Below are positions 1 to 8,753 of a DNA stretch of 64,000 nucleotides, in pieces. A program made the translations under genes and the position numbers. Source of the stretch: Bacillota bacterium (GTDB lineage: Bacteria; Bacillota; Sulfobacillia; JAJZYS01; JAJYTV01); the NCBI GenBank assembly GCA_021847575.1, contig JAJZQO010000003.1, positions 14,411-78,410 of the forward strand, written 5' to 3'. Numbering within the stretch: position 1 is the first letter of the stretch; the number at the start of each line of letters is the position of its first letter. The notes under the pieces are model-generated. The model did not search any database, was not told where the DNA came from, and saw nothing but the letters and a program-made list of their open reading frames with translations.

Positions 1-174
1 CTGCTGGTCGCGCTGTCGGATGCGCTGCCATCCACGTACGGCGTCAGACTTATCCTTCACTTGCTGACAGGGCAGGCCGGCTCTCTCGCCTGGCTCGTCG
101 ACGGATCGATGCTGCTGCTTTTCTCGGTGCTGCTGTTCCTTGCCGTGGATCGGCTGAGCTATCGGACGGGCTGA
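1..174 (+). CDS. C-terminal end of a membrane permease (ABC-2-type-like), partial at window edge
   Basis: Frame 1 is open from base 1 to TGA at 172-174. The translation LLVALSDALPSTYGVRLILHLLTGQAGSLAWLVDGSMLLLFSVLLFLAVDRLSYRTG is hydrophobic and resembles an ABC-2 permease tail. No start codon is visible. Confidence 0.4.
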   Translation: MLVALSDALPSTYGVRLILHLLTGQAGSLAWLVDGSMLLLFSVLLFLAVDRLSYRTG

Positions 175-252
175 AGGAACGGTGGTGGCAGGAGCCTGGG
201 CGCGTGGGAAGAATGAGAGGGGGCGACCTCGGACTGCCCTGAACTGGGAGAG

Positions 253-636
253 ATGCACATGCGTATCCTGCACACGCGCATCCGCGTAAGGGACCTCGAA
301 AGGTCCATCGCCTTCTATCGCGACGTGCTCGGTCTCGAGGAGGCCGGGCGCCAGACGTCCCCACGCGGCAACAAGCTCGCCTTCATGCGGGATGGCGAGT
401 CGGGACACGAGATCGAGCTGTGTCTGCAGCCGGACGCGGGTGATTTCGAGTTCCCCGAGGACATCTTCCACATCGCCCTGGCCGTCCGGGACCTGCGGCA
501 GGTGGGCGAGGAACTGGGCAAGCGCGGCATCCCGTTCACCGACGGGCCGCACTTCAGCGAACGCGGCTCCGCGCTCGCGTTCATCGACGACCCGGACGGC
601 TACGAGATCGAGCTATTGCAGGAGCCGCCGGCCTGA
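253..636 (+). CDS. VOC/glyoxalase I family protein (lactoylglutathione lyase-like)
   Basis: 127 aa. Begins HTRIRVRDLERSIAFYRDVLGL and ends FIDDPDGYEIELLQ, typical of the glyoxalase/bleomycin-resistance fold. Its stop overlaps the next start (TGATG). Confidence 0.8.
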   Translation: MHMRILHTRIRVRDLERSIAFYRDVLGLEEAGRQTSPRGNKLAFMRDGESGHEIELCLQPDAGDFEFPEDIFHIALAVRDLRQVGEELGKRGIPFTDGPHFSERGSALAFIDDPDGYEIELLQEPPA

Positions 637-1412
637 TGACCTTCGAGGACGATTTCTGCGACATCATTCGCAAGGCGCGCTCGGGCCACGGCCTCTCGAT
701 CGAGACCGTCGCCGCGGACGCCGGCATCCCGGCCCTCCGCCTGCAAGCGCTGGAGACGGGTCAGTTGCCCGCCTCGGGCGAGGTCGAGCGCCTGGCGCAG
801 GTGCTCCACCTGCGCCAGGCGCCGCTGCGGGACATCGCCACGGGCCGGGTCGAGCCGCCGTCGGTCACTCCGCCGCGAGCGATGGCCGTGACGAGTGTCT
901 TTGCCGCCGACGTCGGCGCGTTCGCCTATGCCGTGCGGTCCACCTACGGCAGGATCATCGTCGACTGCGGCGGGGGCGTGCCGCAGCTCCTGCGCGCGCT
1001 CGGCGGCGCGGCAGAGGCTGTGCTCCTGACGCATGGCCACTCAGATCACGTCGCTGGTCTTGGCGACATGCCTCAGGGTGTGCCGGTCTTTGCCCACCCT
1101 GAACTCAGCCGGCGGCTCCCCGGAGCCCGTCCGCTCGCGGACGGCGAGACGGTGTTTGGCCTCGCGGCCATGCACGCACCCGGCCACAGCCCCGATATGC
1201 TGGCGTTCCATGCCGACGGCGTCGCGTTCGTCGGCGACACGATCTTCGCCGGTTCCCTCGGACGCGCGAGCTCTTCCGGCGCCTACCAAGACCTGCTCGC
1301 GAGCGCGCGGCGCATTCTCGCGCTGGCGCCCGAGACTGTGGTCTACTGCGGCCACGGCCCAGCCACGACGGTCGCCTGGGAACGCGTGCACAACGCGTTC
1401 CCAGTGGAGTAG
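636..1412 (+). CDS. HTH (XRE-like) domain fused to an MBL-fold metallo-hydrolase (glyoxalase II-like)
   Basis: N-terminal segment IIRKARSGHGLSIETVAADAGIPALRLQALETGQ looks like an HTH. It is followed by the metallo-beta-lactamase motif THGHSDH, then APGHSPD, VGDTIF and CGHGP. Translationally coupled to the upstream glyoxalase I-like gene. Confidence 0.75.
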   Translation: MTFEDDFCDIIRKARSGHGLSIETVAADAGIPALRLQALETGQLPASGEVERLAQVLHLRQAPLRDIATGRVEPPSVTPPRAMAVTSVFAADVGAFAYAVRSTYGRIIVDCGGGVPQLLRALGGAAEAVLLTHGHSDHVAGLGDMPQGVPVFAHPELSRRLPGARPLADGETVFGLAAMHAPGHSPDMLAFHADGVAFVGDTIFAGSLGRASSSGAYQDLLASARRILALAPETVVYCGHGPATTVAWERVHNAFPVE

Positions 1413-1417
1413 CGGCC

Positions 1418-2266
1418 GTGTCGGAGGCGAGGCGCGCCGTTGGCCATGGTCAGATCCGGATCTGGCGCGGTGAAGTTGTGCGGCAGGCCATCGGTCGGTC
1501 GCTGGGACCCGGCGCGATCGTCGCCGGGCGGCCGGGCATGCCGAGCCAGAGCTGGCTTGCGGGTCTGCCGTTCGGTCCGGACCAGTTCTTCCTGGGCAGC
1601 GCGGCCGGAGAGTTGGGCCTCGAGGATCTCCCGGCGCTCCTCGCGGCGCTGCTGCCCGAACTGCCGAGGCACGTACGCCGCGTCTACCATTACGATGCGA
1701 CCTGGCTTGGCGCGGTGGGACGCGCCTACCTGGGCCAGGGCTTCGTGGACTTTGTGCACCGCTACAGCATGCAGCGGCGCCTGCCTGCTCCGCAGGCGCC
1801 GGAGGAACGCCTTGAGCTTGTGCCGCTGGCGCGCGGCAACGAAGGTCTCTTCGCCGACACGTACGCGCGCTGCCTTGTGGATTGCCTCTCGCCGATGTCG
1901 CTCGAGGACACCCAGGACCCAGCCGCCGCGCTCGGCTTCCAGATCGCTCAGGATCACGGGCCGGACGGGCGGCGCTGGTACCTCGGGCTGCGCGCGGACG
2001 GCACCCCGGCAGGCATGGCCCTCCTGGACCGCTACGGCCCGGCTCCGAGCGACTGGGTGGTGAGCTTTCTCGGTACGGTGGCGGATGCGCGTGGCCAGGG
2101 CTACGGCCGCGAGCTGCTGTTGCGCGCAGCGGCGGAAGCCACCAGAGCCGGAGCGCGCAGGCTGCATCTGGCCGTCTGCCACGCGAACGAGCCAGCGCTG
2201 GGGCTCTATCGCAGCGCGGGTTTCCGCGCCGAGGAGACCTACCGGGTGTTCAGACGCGTGCGCTGA
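1418..2266 (+). CDS. GNAT family N-acetyltransferase (C-terminal GNAT domain); start uncertain
   Basis: C-terminal segment ARGQGYGRELLLRAAAEATRAGARRLHLAVCHANEPALGLYRSAGF matches the acetyl-CoA binding region (Q/RxxGxG/A). The N-terminal ~150 aa are unassigned. Confidence 0.6.
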   Translation: MSEARRAVGHGQIRIWRGEVVRQAIGRSLGPGAIVAGRPGMPSQSWLAGLPFGPDQFFLGSAAGELGLEDLPALLAALLPELPRHVRRVYHYDATWLGAVGRAYLGQGFVDFVHRYSMQRRLPAPQAPEERLELVPLARGNEGLFADTYARCLVDCLSPMSLEDTQDPAAALGFQIAQDHGPDGRRWYLGLRADGTPAGMALLDRYGPAPSDWVVSFLGTVADARGQGYGRELLLRAAAEATRAGARRLHLAVCHANEPALGLYRSAGFRAEETYRVFRRVR

Positions 2267-2269
2267 TGT

Positions 2270-2578
2270 TCAGGCGTGGTGCCGATTGACGTATTCCGCC
2301 AGGCTTGCGAGCGAAGTCAGGGCCCCGACCACCATGAACTCGGTCGTTGCGGCGGAGTGATGGAGGAAGGGCATGCCGACAAGCGCCAAGCCGAAAATGC
2401 CCGAGGCGACGAACGGCCAGCGATCGGGTGTGAGGTTCGCCGCAACGCCGGCCAGAACGATGAGGAGGCCGAGCAGCACGGAAATCTGGGCGATGAGCGG
2501 ATCGCTGATATGCAGGGCGTAGCTTGACGAGAGCTGCCACACACCCAGCACGAGGATGAGCCAGCGCCATAGCCGCAT
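2270..2578 (-). CDS. small integral membrane protein (3-4 predicted TM segments)
   Basis: 102 aa. Hydrophobic stretches LILVLGVWQL, ISVLLGLLIVLAGVAA, ASGIFGLALVGMPF and FMVVGALTSLASL. No confident family assignment. Confidence 0.5.
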   Translation of the reverse strand: MRLWRWLILVLGVWQLSSSYALHISDPLIAQISVLLGLLIVLAGVAANLTPDRWPFVASGIFGLALVGMPFLHHSAATTEFMVVGALTSLASLAEYVNRHHA

Positions 2579-2624
2579 CTGACGTTCCTCCTTTCGCCCA
2601 GGGAGAAGCCGGGCTGCCTCTACG

Positions 2625-3284
2625 TTACGCGCCTGCGGGCCGTACGAGTAACCGCATCGCGACCTCGAGGGAGATGCGCAGCTCCCGCTCCCCGATGCGG
2701 CAGGTCAGGCCGTCGGGGGCGTTCGTCAGCACCTGCACCTCCGTGCCGGGCACGAGACCGAGCTGCTGCAGCTGCTGCAGAAACTCGCCGAGCCCTTCCA
2801 CCTGTTCGAAGACGCGGTCGACGACCACCTTCTTGCCGTGGTCGGTATCGGCGAGTGTGGGCAGAGCCACCGTTTCGCTCGGGGCGAGTCCGGGGATCGG
2901 ATTGCCGTGCGGGCATGTCGTCGGCCGGGCGAGGCTCTGCCAGAGGCGTTCCTCGATCAGCGGCGTCAAGGCATGCTCAAGGTGATGGGCCTCCCTGTGG
3001 CACGCGCTCCAGTCGAGACCGAGCACGTCGTAGGCCCAGCGCTCGGCCAGACGGTGTCGTCTGACGACCTTCTCGGCCTCCTGCAGTCCCTTGGGGGTAA
3101 GCCGGATTGCCTTCGCTCCGTCGTCTTCCACGAGTCCGTCCCGCCGCAACCGGCGCATGGCCTGCGTTACGCTGGGAGGCGACACTCCCAGGTACTCGGC
3201 GATGCGGGCGCCGAAGGGGTTGCGGGTCTCCACGGAGAGCACGTAGATGGCTTCGAGGTAGTGTTCCACATTACTGGTAGCCAA
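2625..3284 (-). CDS. DtxR/MntR-family metal-dependent transcriptional regulator with C-terminal FeoA-like domain
   Basis: Contains VEHYLEAIYVL, ARIAEYLGVSPPSVTQAMRRLRRDGLV, RHRLAERW and HALTPLIEERL, plus an SH3/FeoA-like tail. The track ORF (to 3647) is trimmed to TTG at 3284, which is preceded by AGGA. The resulting 219 aa fits the family size. Confidence 0.8.
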   Translation of the reverse strand: MATSNVEHYLEAIYVLSVETRNPFGARIAEYLGVSPPSVTQAMRRLRRDGLVEDDGAKAIRLTPKGLQEAEKVVRRHRLAERWAYDVLGLDWSACHREAHHLEHALTPLIEERLWQSLARPTTCPHGNPIPGLAPSETVALPTLADTDHGKKVVVDRVFEQVEGLGEFLQQLQQLGLVPGTEVQVLTNAPDGLTCRIGERELRISLEVAMRLLVRPAGA

Positions 3285-3433
3285 GGCATCACGTCCTGTT
3301 CGGGCCTGGGGCGGGCTCGAACTGCAGCATGTCGCGCAGCACGAGCGGCCGGGCGAGAAGTTCTGCCCGACCGCTCGTATTCTCCTGCTGCGGACCCAAC
3401 CGCAGTCGAAATTGCGCCGGGATCTCCCTGTGA

Positions 3434-4396
3434 CTACTGCCGCCAGAGGCTGCGCAGCACGAAGCCGAGGTTCGCCGGCCGCTCCGCGAGGCGCCGCATG
3501 AAGTAGGCATACCAGTCGGTGCCGTAGGGTACGTAACAGCGCACCTTGTATCCAGCCGCGGCCAGTTCGCGCTGCCGGGCGGAGCGGATGCCGTAGAGCA
3601 TCTGGAACTCGAAGCGGTCGCGCGGGATCTGGCGTTCCTTGACCCACGCCTCGATCGCGCCGATGATCGCTTCGTCGTGGGTGGCGATGGCGACCGGGTG
3701 CCCAAGCTTCAGGCAGGTGTCCACGAGTTCGAGGTAGCTGCGGTCCACGTCGGCCTTCTGGGGGAACGCCACGCTCTCGGGCTCCAGATAGGCGCCCTTC
3801 ACGATGCGAACCGGGATGCCCGCGGCGATCAGGCGCTCGAGGTCGCTCTTGGTGCGGTAGAGGTAGGACTGCAGCACCGTGCCGATCCTCTCGTAGTCGC
3901 GGCGCAAGGCGAAGAGCACGTCGAGCGTCGCATCCACATGGTGCGAGTCCTCCATGTCGATGCGGATGAAGTTACCGCTGACCCTGGCCGCGTCCACGAT
4001 GCGGCGCATGTTTGCAAGGCACTCTTCGCGTCCCACGTCGAGGCCCATCTGCGTCAGCTTGATCGATACGTTGGCGGCCACCTTGGCGTCGGCGATGGCG
4101 TGCAGCACGTCGACGTACGCGTCCGCCTGAACCCTCGCCTCCTCGACGTTCGTCACGCTTTCGCCCAGATGGTCGAGCGTCGCGACGATGCCGACCGCGT
4201 TGAGCTGGCGGATGGTTCTGATCGCGTCTGCCAAAGTGGGGCCGGCGAAGAAGCGGCGCGCCCCGAGCGTCTTGTCGTGCCTGTGCACAAAGCGGGAGAC
4301 GGAAGGGGAACCCGCGAAACGGAGAATCGATTGACGCAAGAATTGCGTACTGTCCAATGCACGTCGCCCTTTCTCGCGCGCATGCTGCGGAGGCAA
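3434..4396 (-). CDS. proline dehydrogenase (monofunctional PRODH)
   Basis: 320 aa with VSIKLTQMGL, IRIDMEDS, GTVLQSYLYRT, VRIVKGAY, FQMLYGIR and RRLAERPANL. These motifs are typical of bacterial proline dehydrogenase. Confidence 0.85.
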   Translation of the reverse strand: MPPQHAREKGRRALDSTQFLRQSILRFAGSPSVSRFVHRHDKTLGARRFFAGPTLADAIRTIRQLNAVGIVATLDHLGESVTNVEEARVQADAYVDVLHAIADAKVAANVSIKLTQMGLDVGREECLANMRRIVDAARVSGNFIRIDMEDSHHVDATLDVLFALRRDYERIGTVLQSYLYRTKSDLERLIAAGIPVRIVKGAYLEPESVAFPQKADVDRSYLELVDTCLKLGHPVAIATHDEAIIGAIEAWVKERQIPRDRFEFQMLYGIRSARQRELAAAGYKVRCYVPYGTDWYAYFMRRLAERPANLGFVLRSLWRQ

Positions 4397-4726
4397 TCCG
4401 ATCCGGCGAACATCATAACACCCGCTGCAGCGTGCAACTACGTGGTCTCAACAGCAGGCCGATGTGCCGGACCCGACATCTGCTGTTCGTGTCGACCCGG
4501 TACCGGCTCAGGCCGGTTGTTCTCGGAACCCGCTTGCCCGAGTGCCGACCGTGCTCGCGTATGAGACATGGCAGGCATGCCACCTGGGAGCAGTCCCATG
4601 CCGCTGGTTGCCAAACGATGTCGGGTTTTGTCGCGGGAAGCGGCAGGAACATGCGAGCCCTTCGACGTATTGGAAAAAACCGCCTGTAGAAGGAGGAGCA
4701 TCCTCACCAGGAAGGCAGGGGCAGTC

Positions 4727-6061
4727 ATGGGGTTCCCAACGTGGGACGGCCGATCGACAGAGATTGGTGCAGGAGGCGAGGAGGAGGCCACCACCAGCGT
4801 CGCGCTCTCGCGGGATGTCCGGATCGCCATAGGCAGGCGCGTTCGTGCGATGCGCCTTGCGGCCGGCTGGACCCAGGCGGAACTTGGCCGGCCTTTCTCG
4901 AAGGGCTACATCAGCCAGATCGAAAGCGGGCGCGTGGCGCCATCGCTCGCTCTGATCTCCGTCATTGCCGCGCGGCTGGACACGTCGATTCAGCAGTTGG
5001 CTCCGGAGATCGAGACCGGCAGCCGCCCCGAGGACGTGGGACGCCTGTGGAATGCGGCCGAGAGGCTTGAGCGGCACGGCGAGCGGGAGAGCGCCCTTGA
5101 ACTGCTCGAGCAGTCGACGCGGCTCGCGGCGGCGAGCGAGGACCCAAGGCTGCGTGCGCAGTCCCTCTTGCGCTACGCAGAGGCTTTGCGTCGGGCCGGG
5201 CGCACCTCGGAGACGCTCGAGATGACCACAGGGGCCTTCGAGGTCTACAGCAGCGCGGGTCCCCAGCGCCAGCTCGGCCAGTGCTACCATGTGGCCGCAT
5301 TGGCGCACGGTGACCGCGGGGACCTCGAGCGGGCGAAGAGCTGCTTTGAGAAGGCCCTGCGCCACATCCCGCGACGAGAGGTCGGGCATAGCCGCGTCCT
5401 GATCGGGCTGAGCCGCATCCTGCTCCGCGGTGGGCTGGCGGAGGAGTCGGCGCGCCGCGCCCGCCAGGCGATCACGGTGAGCCACCAGCACGGCGACGCG
5501 GGCGAGGAGGGGAGGGCGCGACTGCTCCTTGCCGAGATCATGCGTGAACAGGGCAAGCCGCAGGAAGCGTTGGCCGAACTCGATATGGCGCGCCGGGTCG
5601 TGTCCGGCCTCGAGGACGTCCGGCTCTCGCTCTGGCTGCGGGCTCTCGAAGCTCTGATGAGCGCCTCGGAGGTCGGGGACGAACTCGAGAGGTGCCTCTG
5701 GGCGGCGCAGGCAGCCGGCGAGGATGAGATCTGTGTCACGCTCTGCTCGGCCCTCGTCGAGCGGCAGCTTGCCTCCGGCTCAGGAGATGAGGCGGCCCGT
5801 ACGGCAACGATCGGCATCGAGCACGCGATGCGGGACCGGGATCTGCAGCGCGTCGCATGGCTTTACGCGCGCCAGGCGCTTGCGTTCGCCATGAGTGGGG
5901 GAACGGCCGACGCAGCCGTTGCCCTTGTCCGCTCGCGCGACGCCTACATCGCCCTGCGTCGGCCGGACGCCCTCACGGCCGCACTGCAGGACATCCGCGA
6001 GCGCATTTCGGCAGCTGCCATGCCGCTCCTGCCTCTTTTGGAGACACCGCCAGCGCTTTAG
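4727..6061 (+). CDS. XRE-family HTH regulator with long C-terminal TPR-like repeat region
   Basis: IGRRVRAMRLAAGWTQAELGRPFSKGYISQIESGRVAPSL is a Cro/C1-type HTH. The remaining ~350 aa are helical and Ala/Leu/Arg-rich with TPR-like periodicity. Start set at ATG 4727, preceded by AGGAAGG. Confidence 0.7.
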   Translation: MGFPTWDGRSTEIGAGGEEEATTSVALSRDVRIAIGRRVRAMRLAAGWTQAELGRPFSKGYISQIESGRVAPSLALISVIAARLDTSIQQLAPEIETGSRPEDVGRLWNAAERLERHGERESALELLEQSTRLAAASEDPRLRAQSLLRYAEALRRAGRTSETLEMTTGAFEVYSSAGPQRQLGQCYHVAALAHGDRGDLERAKSCFEKALRHIPRREVGHSRVLIGLSRILLRGGLAEESARRARQAITVSHQHGDAGEEGRARLLLAEIMREQGKPQEALAELDMARRVVSGLEDVRLSLWLRALEALMSASEVGDELERCLWAAQAAGEDEICVTLCSALVERQLASGSGDEAARTATIGIEHAMRDRDLQRVAWLYARQALAFAMSGGTADAAVALVRSRDAYIALRRPDALTAALQDIRERISAAAMPLLPLLETPPAL

Positions 6062-6196
6062 GCGTGCCAGGTTCGCACGGCTGATCTACGCGCAAGATTG
6101 CAAGGCAAGAGGCCCGAGGGAAAGAGGGACCCCAGCCCAGCGAGGCCTGGCAGGTTGCCAGGAAACGCGTCGCCGCCTGCTCGAAGGCAGCGGTCG

Positions 6197-6736
6197 TCAG
6201 AGGTCTGCCTGCGGCAGCCTGAAGCGCCAGGCGCAGGCGTAGTCGCGCGGGTTGTCGTCTGGCGGGCAGGCAATGACCTCGGTCTTGATCCGCGGGTCGA
6301 TTGTCTCCGCAAAGCCACCGTATTCGACGATCCCGACCGGTTTGCAGGGGAAGTCCGGCAAGCCCTTGCGCCGCCGCGCCTCCTGCACGCGGCAAGTGCG
6401 CATGCGAAATACGAGGGCGTCGTCACCTTCGCGCTCCATTTCCTGCTCGTTGATCAGGGCGTAGAGCCGGAAGCGCAGAGCCCGCTCCAGGAGGTCCAGG
6501 CCACCGCCCCGCTCGGCGCCGAGGAGGCGCAGGATGCGCTGGGCCTCATTGCGCGTCATGCCGTGCCAGGCCTCCGCATCGAGCCGGATGGCCTCATCCA
6601 GGCCATAGGCCCGCTCCACCGCCTGGAACCAGAGACCATCGTGGGCGAGCCAGCGCTTGGCCATGTCCGCGACGAGTTCCCGGAGCTGCTCCTGCGACAA
6701 ACTAGCCATGTCCCGCGGGAAGTCCAGGTGTTCCAT
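6197..6736 (-). CDS. hypothetical protein, DUF6125-like (family recalled from memory, not searched)
   Basis: ATG at 6736 is preceded by a perfect AGGAGG. Contains RWLAHDGLWFQAVERAYGLDEAIRLDAEAW. The track ORF extends to 7033, but that extension overlaps purE and looks like non-coding translation. Confidence 0.5.
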   Translation of the reverse strand: MEHLDFPRDMASLSQEQLRELVADMAKRWLAHDGLWFQAVERAYGLDEAIRLDAEAWHGMTRNEAQRILRLLGAERGGGLDLLERALRFRLYALINEQEMEREGDDALVFRMRTCRVQEARRRKGLPDFPCKPVGIVEYGGFAETIDPRIKTEVIACPPDDNPRDYACAWRFRLPQADL

Positions 6737-6833
6737 GTGGGCTCTCCTCCTGCGGATCCGCACGTCCAGCCAAGCGTACTCCTGTTTCGCCCGACGCCGA
6801 ACGGACAAATGGAGCAAACAGACCGCGCGACGA

Positions 6834-6877
6834 AAACCCGAACGAAACCTGTTAAGTGTCTCGTAATGTTCGGTTTT
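6834..6877. promoter_or_regulatory. pair of inverted PurBox-like sites (PurR operator) upstream of purE
   Basis: Bases 6865-6877 on the reverse strand read AAAACCGAACATT, a 13/13 match to the B. subtilis PurBox consensus AWWWCCGAACWWT. Bases 6834-6846, AAACCCGAACGAA, match 10/13 in the opposite orientation. The gap between the two boxes is 18 nt. Confidence 0.5.
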
Positions 6878-6880
6878 GCA

Positions 6881-6909
6881 TTGACCTGTGCATGGTCGCG
6901 CGCTAGTGT
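6881..6909 (+). promoter_or_regulatory. putative sigma-A promoter of the pur operon
   Basis: TTGACC (6881-6886), a 17-nt spacer, then TAGTGT (6904-6909). SD GGAGGG lies at 6916-6921 and the purE ATG at 6928. Confidence 0.4.
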
Positions 6910-6927
6910 GGACATGGAGGGATCGCG

Positions 6928-7446
6928 ATGCAGCCTCTCGTGCTCGTCCTGCTCGGCAGCGATTCGGATCTGCCGCGCATGCAAGGCCTCCTTTCCGTGT
7001 TCGAGGACCTCGAGGTGCCCTTCGAGATGGCATTTGCGTCGGCCCACCGCGATCCGGAACGGGTTGCGGAGCTTTCGGGCAGCGCCGCGCAGCGCGGGAT
7101 CCGCGTGATCGTGGCGGCCGCGGGCATGGCTGCGCATTTGGCAGGGGCCGTCGCCGCGCGCACCCTGCTGCCGGTAATCGGCGTCCCGCTCAGTGGCTCG
7201 GCGCTTTCGGGCGTCGACGCGCTCTACAGCACTGTGCAGATGCCAAAAGGCATGCCGGTCGCTACCGTCGGCATCGATCGCGGCGACAACGCCGCCTATC
7301 TGGCTGCGCAGATCCTTGCGCTCGGCGACACGGCACTTGCCCAGCGCCTTCTCGTGTTGCGGCAAGCGCAGAAGGCTCAGCTCCAGGAGCGCGACCGACG
7401 CCTGCAGGAGCTGGGACCGCAGGGTTATCTCGAGGTGACGGGATGA
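6928..7446 (+). CDS. purE: N5-carboxyaminoimidazole ribonucleotide mutase (class I PurE)
   Basis: 172 aa with GSDSDLP, ASAHR (class I SAHR motif) and AAGMAAHLAG. Confidence 0.95.
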   Translation: MQPLVLVLLGSDSDLPRMQGLLSVFEDLEVPFEMAFASAHRDPERVAELSGSAAQRGIRVIVAAAGMAAHLAGAVAARTLLPVIGVPLSGSALSGVDALYSTVQMPKGMPVATVGIDRGDNAAYLAAQILALGDTALAQRLLVLRQAQKAQLQERDRRLQELGPQGYLEVTG

Positions 7447-8753
7447 TCGAACGTTACGCGCGCCGGGAGTTCGCGCAGTTCTTCAGCCTCGAGGCCCAGT
7501 ACCGGCGCTGGCTCGAGGTGGAGCTCGCCGTTCTGGACGCCCTCGCGGACGCGGGGGTCGTGCCCAGGGACGCGGTATCTGAAATCAGAAGCCGCGCCGT
7601 GATCGATGTCGACCGCATCCTTGCGATCGAGGCGACGGTGCGGCACGACGTCGTCGCCTTTACGCAGGCCGTGGCCGAGAGTGTCGGTCCCGCCGCGCGC
7701 TACCTGCACTACGGCCTCACCTCTTCGGACGTCGTCGACACGGCGTGGGGCATGACCCTGCGCGAGGCGAGCGATGTCCTGCTTGCCGACATCGACGGCC
7801 TGTTGGCGGTTCTTGCGCGGCGCGCCTGGCAGGAGCGCCGCACGCCGGTGGTCGGCCGCACCCACGGCATCCACGCGGAGCCGACGAGCTTCGGCCTGAA
7901 GCTCGCGCTCTGGCATGCCGAACTGGGCCGGGATCGCGACCGCCTCATGCGGGCGCGTGAGGCGGTCGCGGTCGGCAAGATCGCCGGCGCCGTAGGCACC
8001 TACGCGGAGCTTGCCCCGGCTGTCGAGGCGCAGGCGCTGGGGGCCCTCGGTCTCGTACCGGAGACGGTGCCTACGCAGATCGTGCAGCGTGACCGCCACG
8101 CCGAGTGGCTTTTCAGCCTGGCGATCCTCGGCGCGACACTCGAGAAGATGGCCACAGAGGTGCGATCGCTGCAGCGCAGCGAGATCCGTGAGCTGGAAGA
8201 GCCGTTCGCACGGGGCCAGAAGGGGAGCTCCGCGATGCCGCACAAGCGCAATCCCGTGGTTGCGGAGCGCGTCTGCGGGCTCGCGCGCCTTCTGCGCGGC
8301 TACCTCGTCGCGGGACTTGAGGATGTCGCGCTCTGGCATGAACGCGACATCTCGCACTCGTCCGTGGAGCGGGTCGCCTTGCCGGACGCGGCGCTTCTCG
8401 CGGACTTTCTCCTGCGCGACATGACCTGGCTCGCGGATGGCATGAAGATCGACCGCGAGAATATGGAGCGCAACATCTGGCGCAGCGGCGGACTCGTCTT
8501 CTCCCAGCGCGTCCTGCTCAGGCTGGTGGAGACGGGGCTCAGCAGGGAGGACGCCTACGCCATCGTGCAGGGCCACGCGATGGCGGCACTCACGGAGGGC
8601 GGCGACTTCCGCAAGGCGCTTGGCAGCGACGAGCGGGTCGCGGCGCGCATCTCCCCTGAGGAACTGGCAGCCCTGTTCGACGTGCAGGGCTACCTCGTGC
8701 ATGTGGATGAGATCCTGATACGCGCGGGCATTACCGGGGAGGGAACGAGATGA
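7443..8753 (+). CDS. purB: adenylosuccinate lyase
   Basis: Begins MIERYARREFAQFFSLEAQYRRWLEVE and contains the signature GSSAMPHKRNP. Its ATG overlaps the purE stop (ATGA). Confidence 0.95.
   Translation: MIERYARREFAQFFSLEAQYRRWLEVELAVLDALADAGVVPRDAVSEIRSRAVIDVDRILAIEATVRHDVVAFTQAVAESVGPAARYLHYGLTSSDVVDTAWGMTLREASDVLLADIDGLLAVLARRAWQERRTPVVGRTHGIHAEPTSFGLKLALWHAELGRDRDRLMRAREAVAVGKIAGAVGTYAELAPAVEAQALGALGLVPETVPTQIVQRDRHAEWLFSLAILGATLEKMATEVRSLQRSEIRELEEPFARGQKGSSAMPHKRNPVVAERVCGLARLLRGYLVAGLEDVALWHERDISHSSVERVALPDAALLADFLLRDMTWLADGMKIDRENMERNIWRSGGLVFSQRVLLRLVETGLSREDAYAIVQGHAMAALTEGGDFRKALGSDERVAARISPEELAALFDVQGYLVHVDEILIRAGITGEGTR

Noticed and set aside
2625-3647. Full 340-aa version of the DtxR-family ORF.
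   Set aside because: The first ~120 codons show no homology and are Arg/Pro-rich. The family N-terminus (VEHYLEAIY) aligns just after the TTG at 3284, which has an upstream AGGA.
6740-6927. Purine (guanine/adenine) riboswitch in the purE leader.
   Set aside because: The predicted promoter leaves a leader of only about 15-20 nt. No three-way-junction motif with conserved loop sequences could be found.
6888-7442. Upstream 185 codons of track ORF 6888..8753, as an N-terminal extension of PurB.
   Set aside because: This part is the +2 frame of purE and is Arg/Ala-rich. PurB homology starts at MIERYARREF (7443), with an ATGA overlap to purE.
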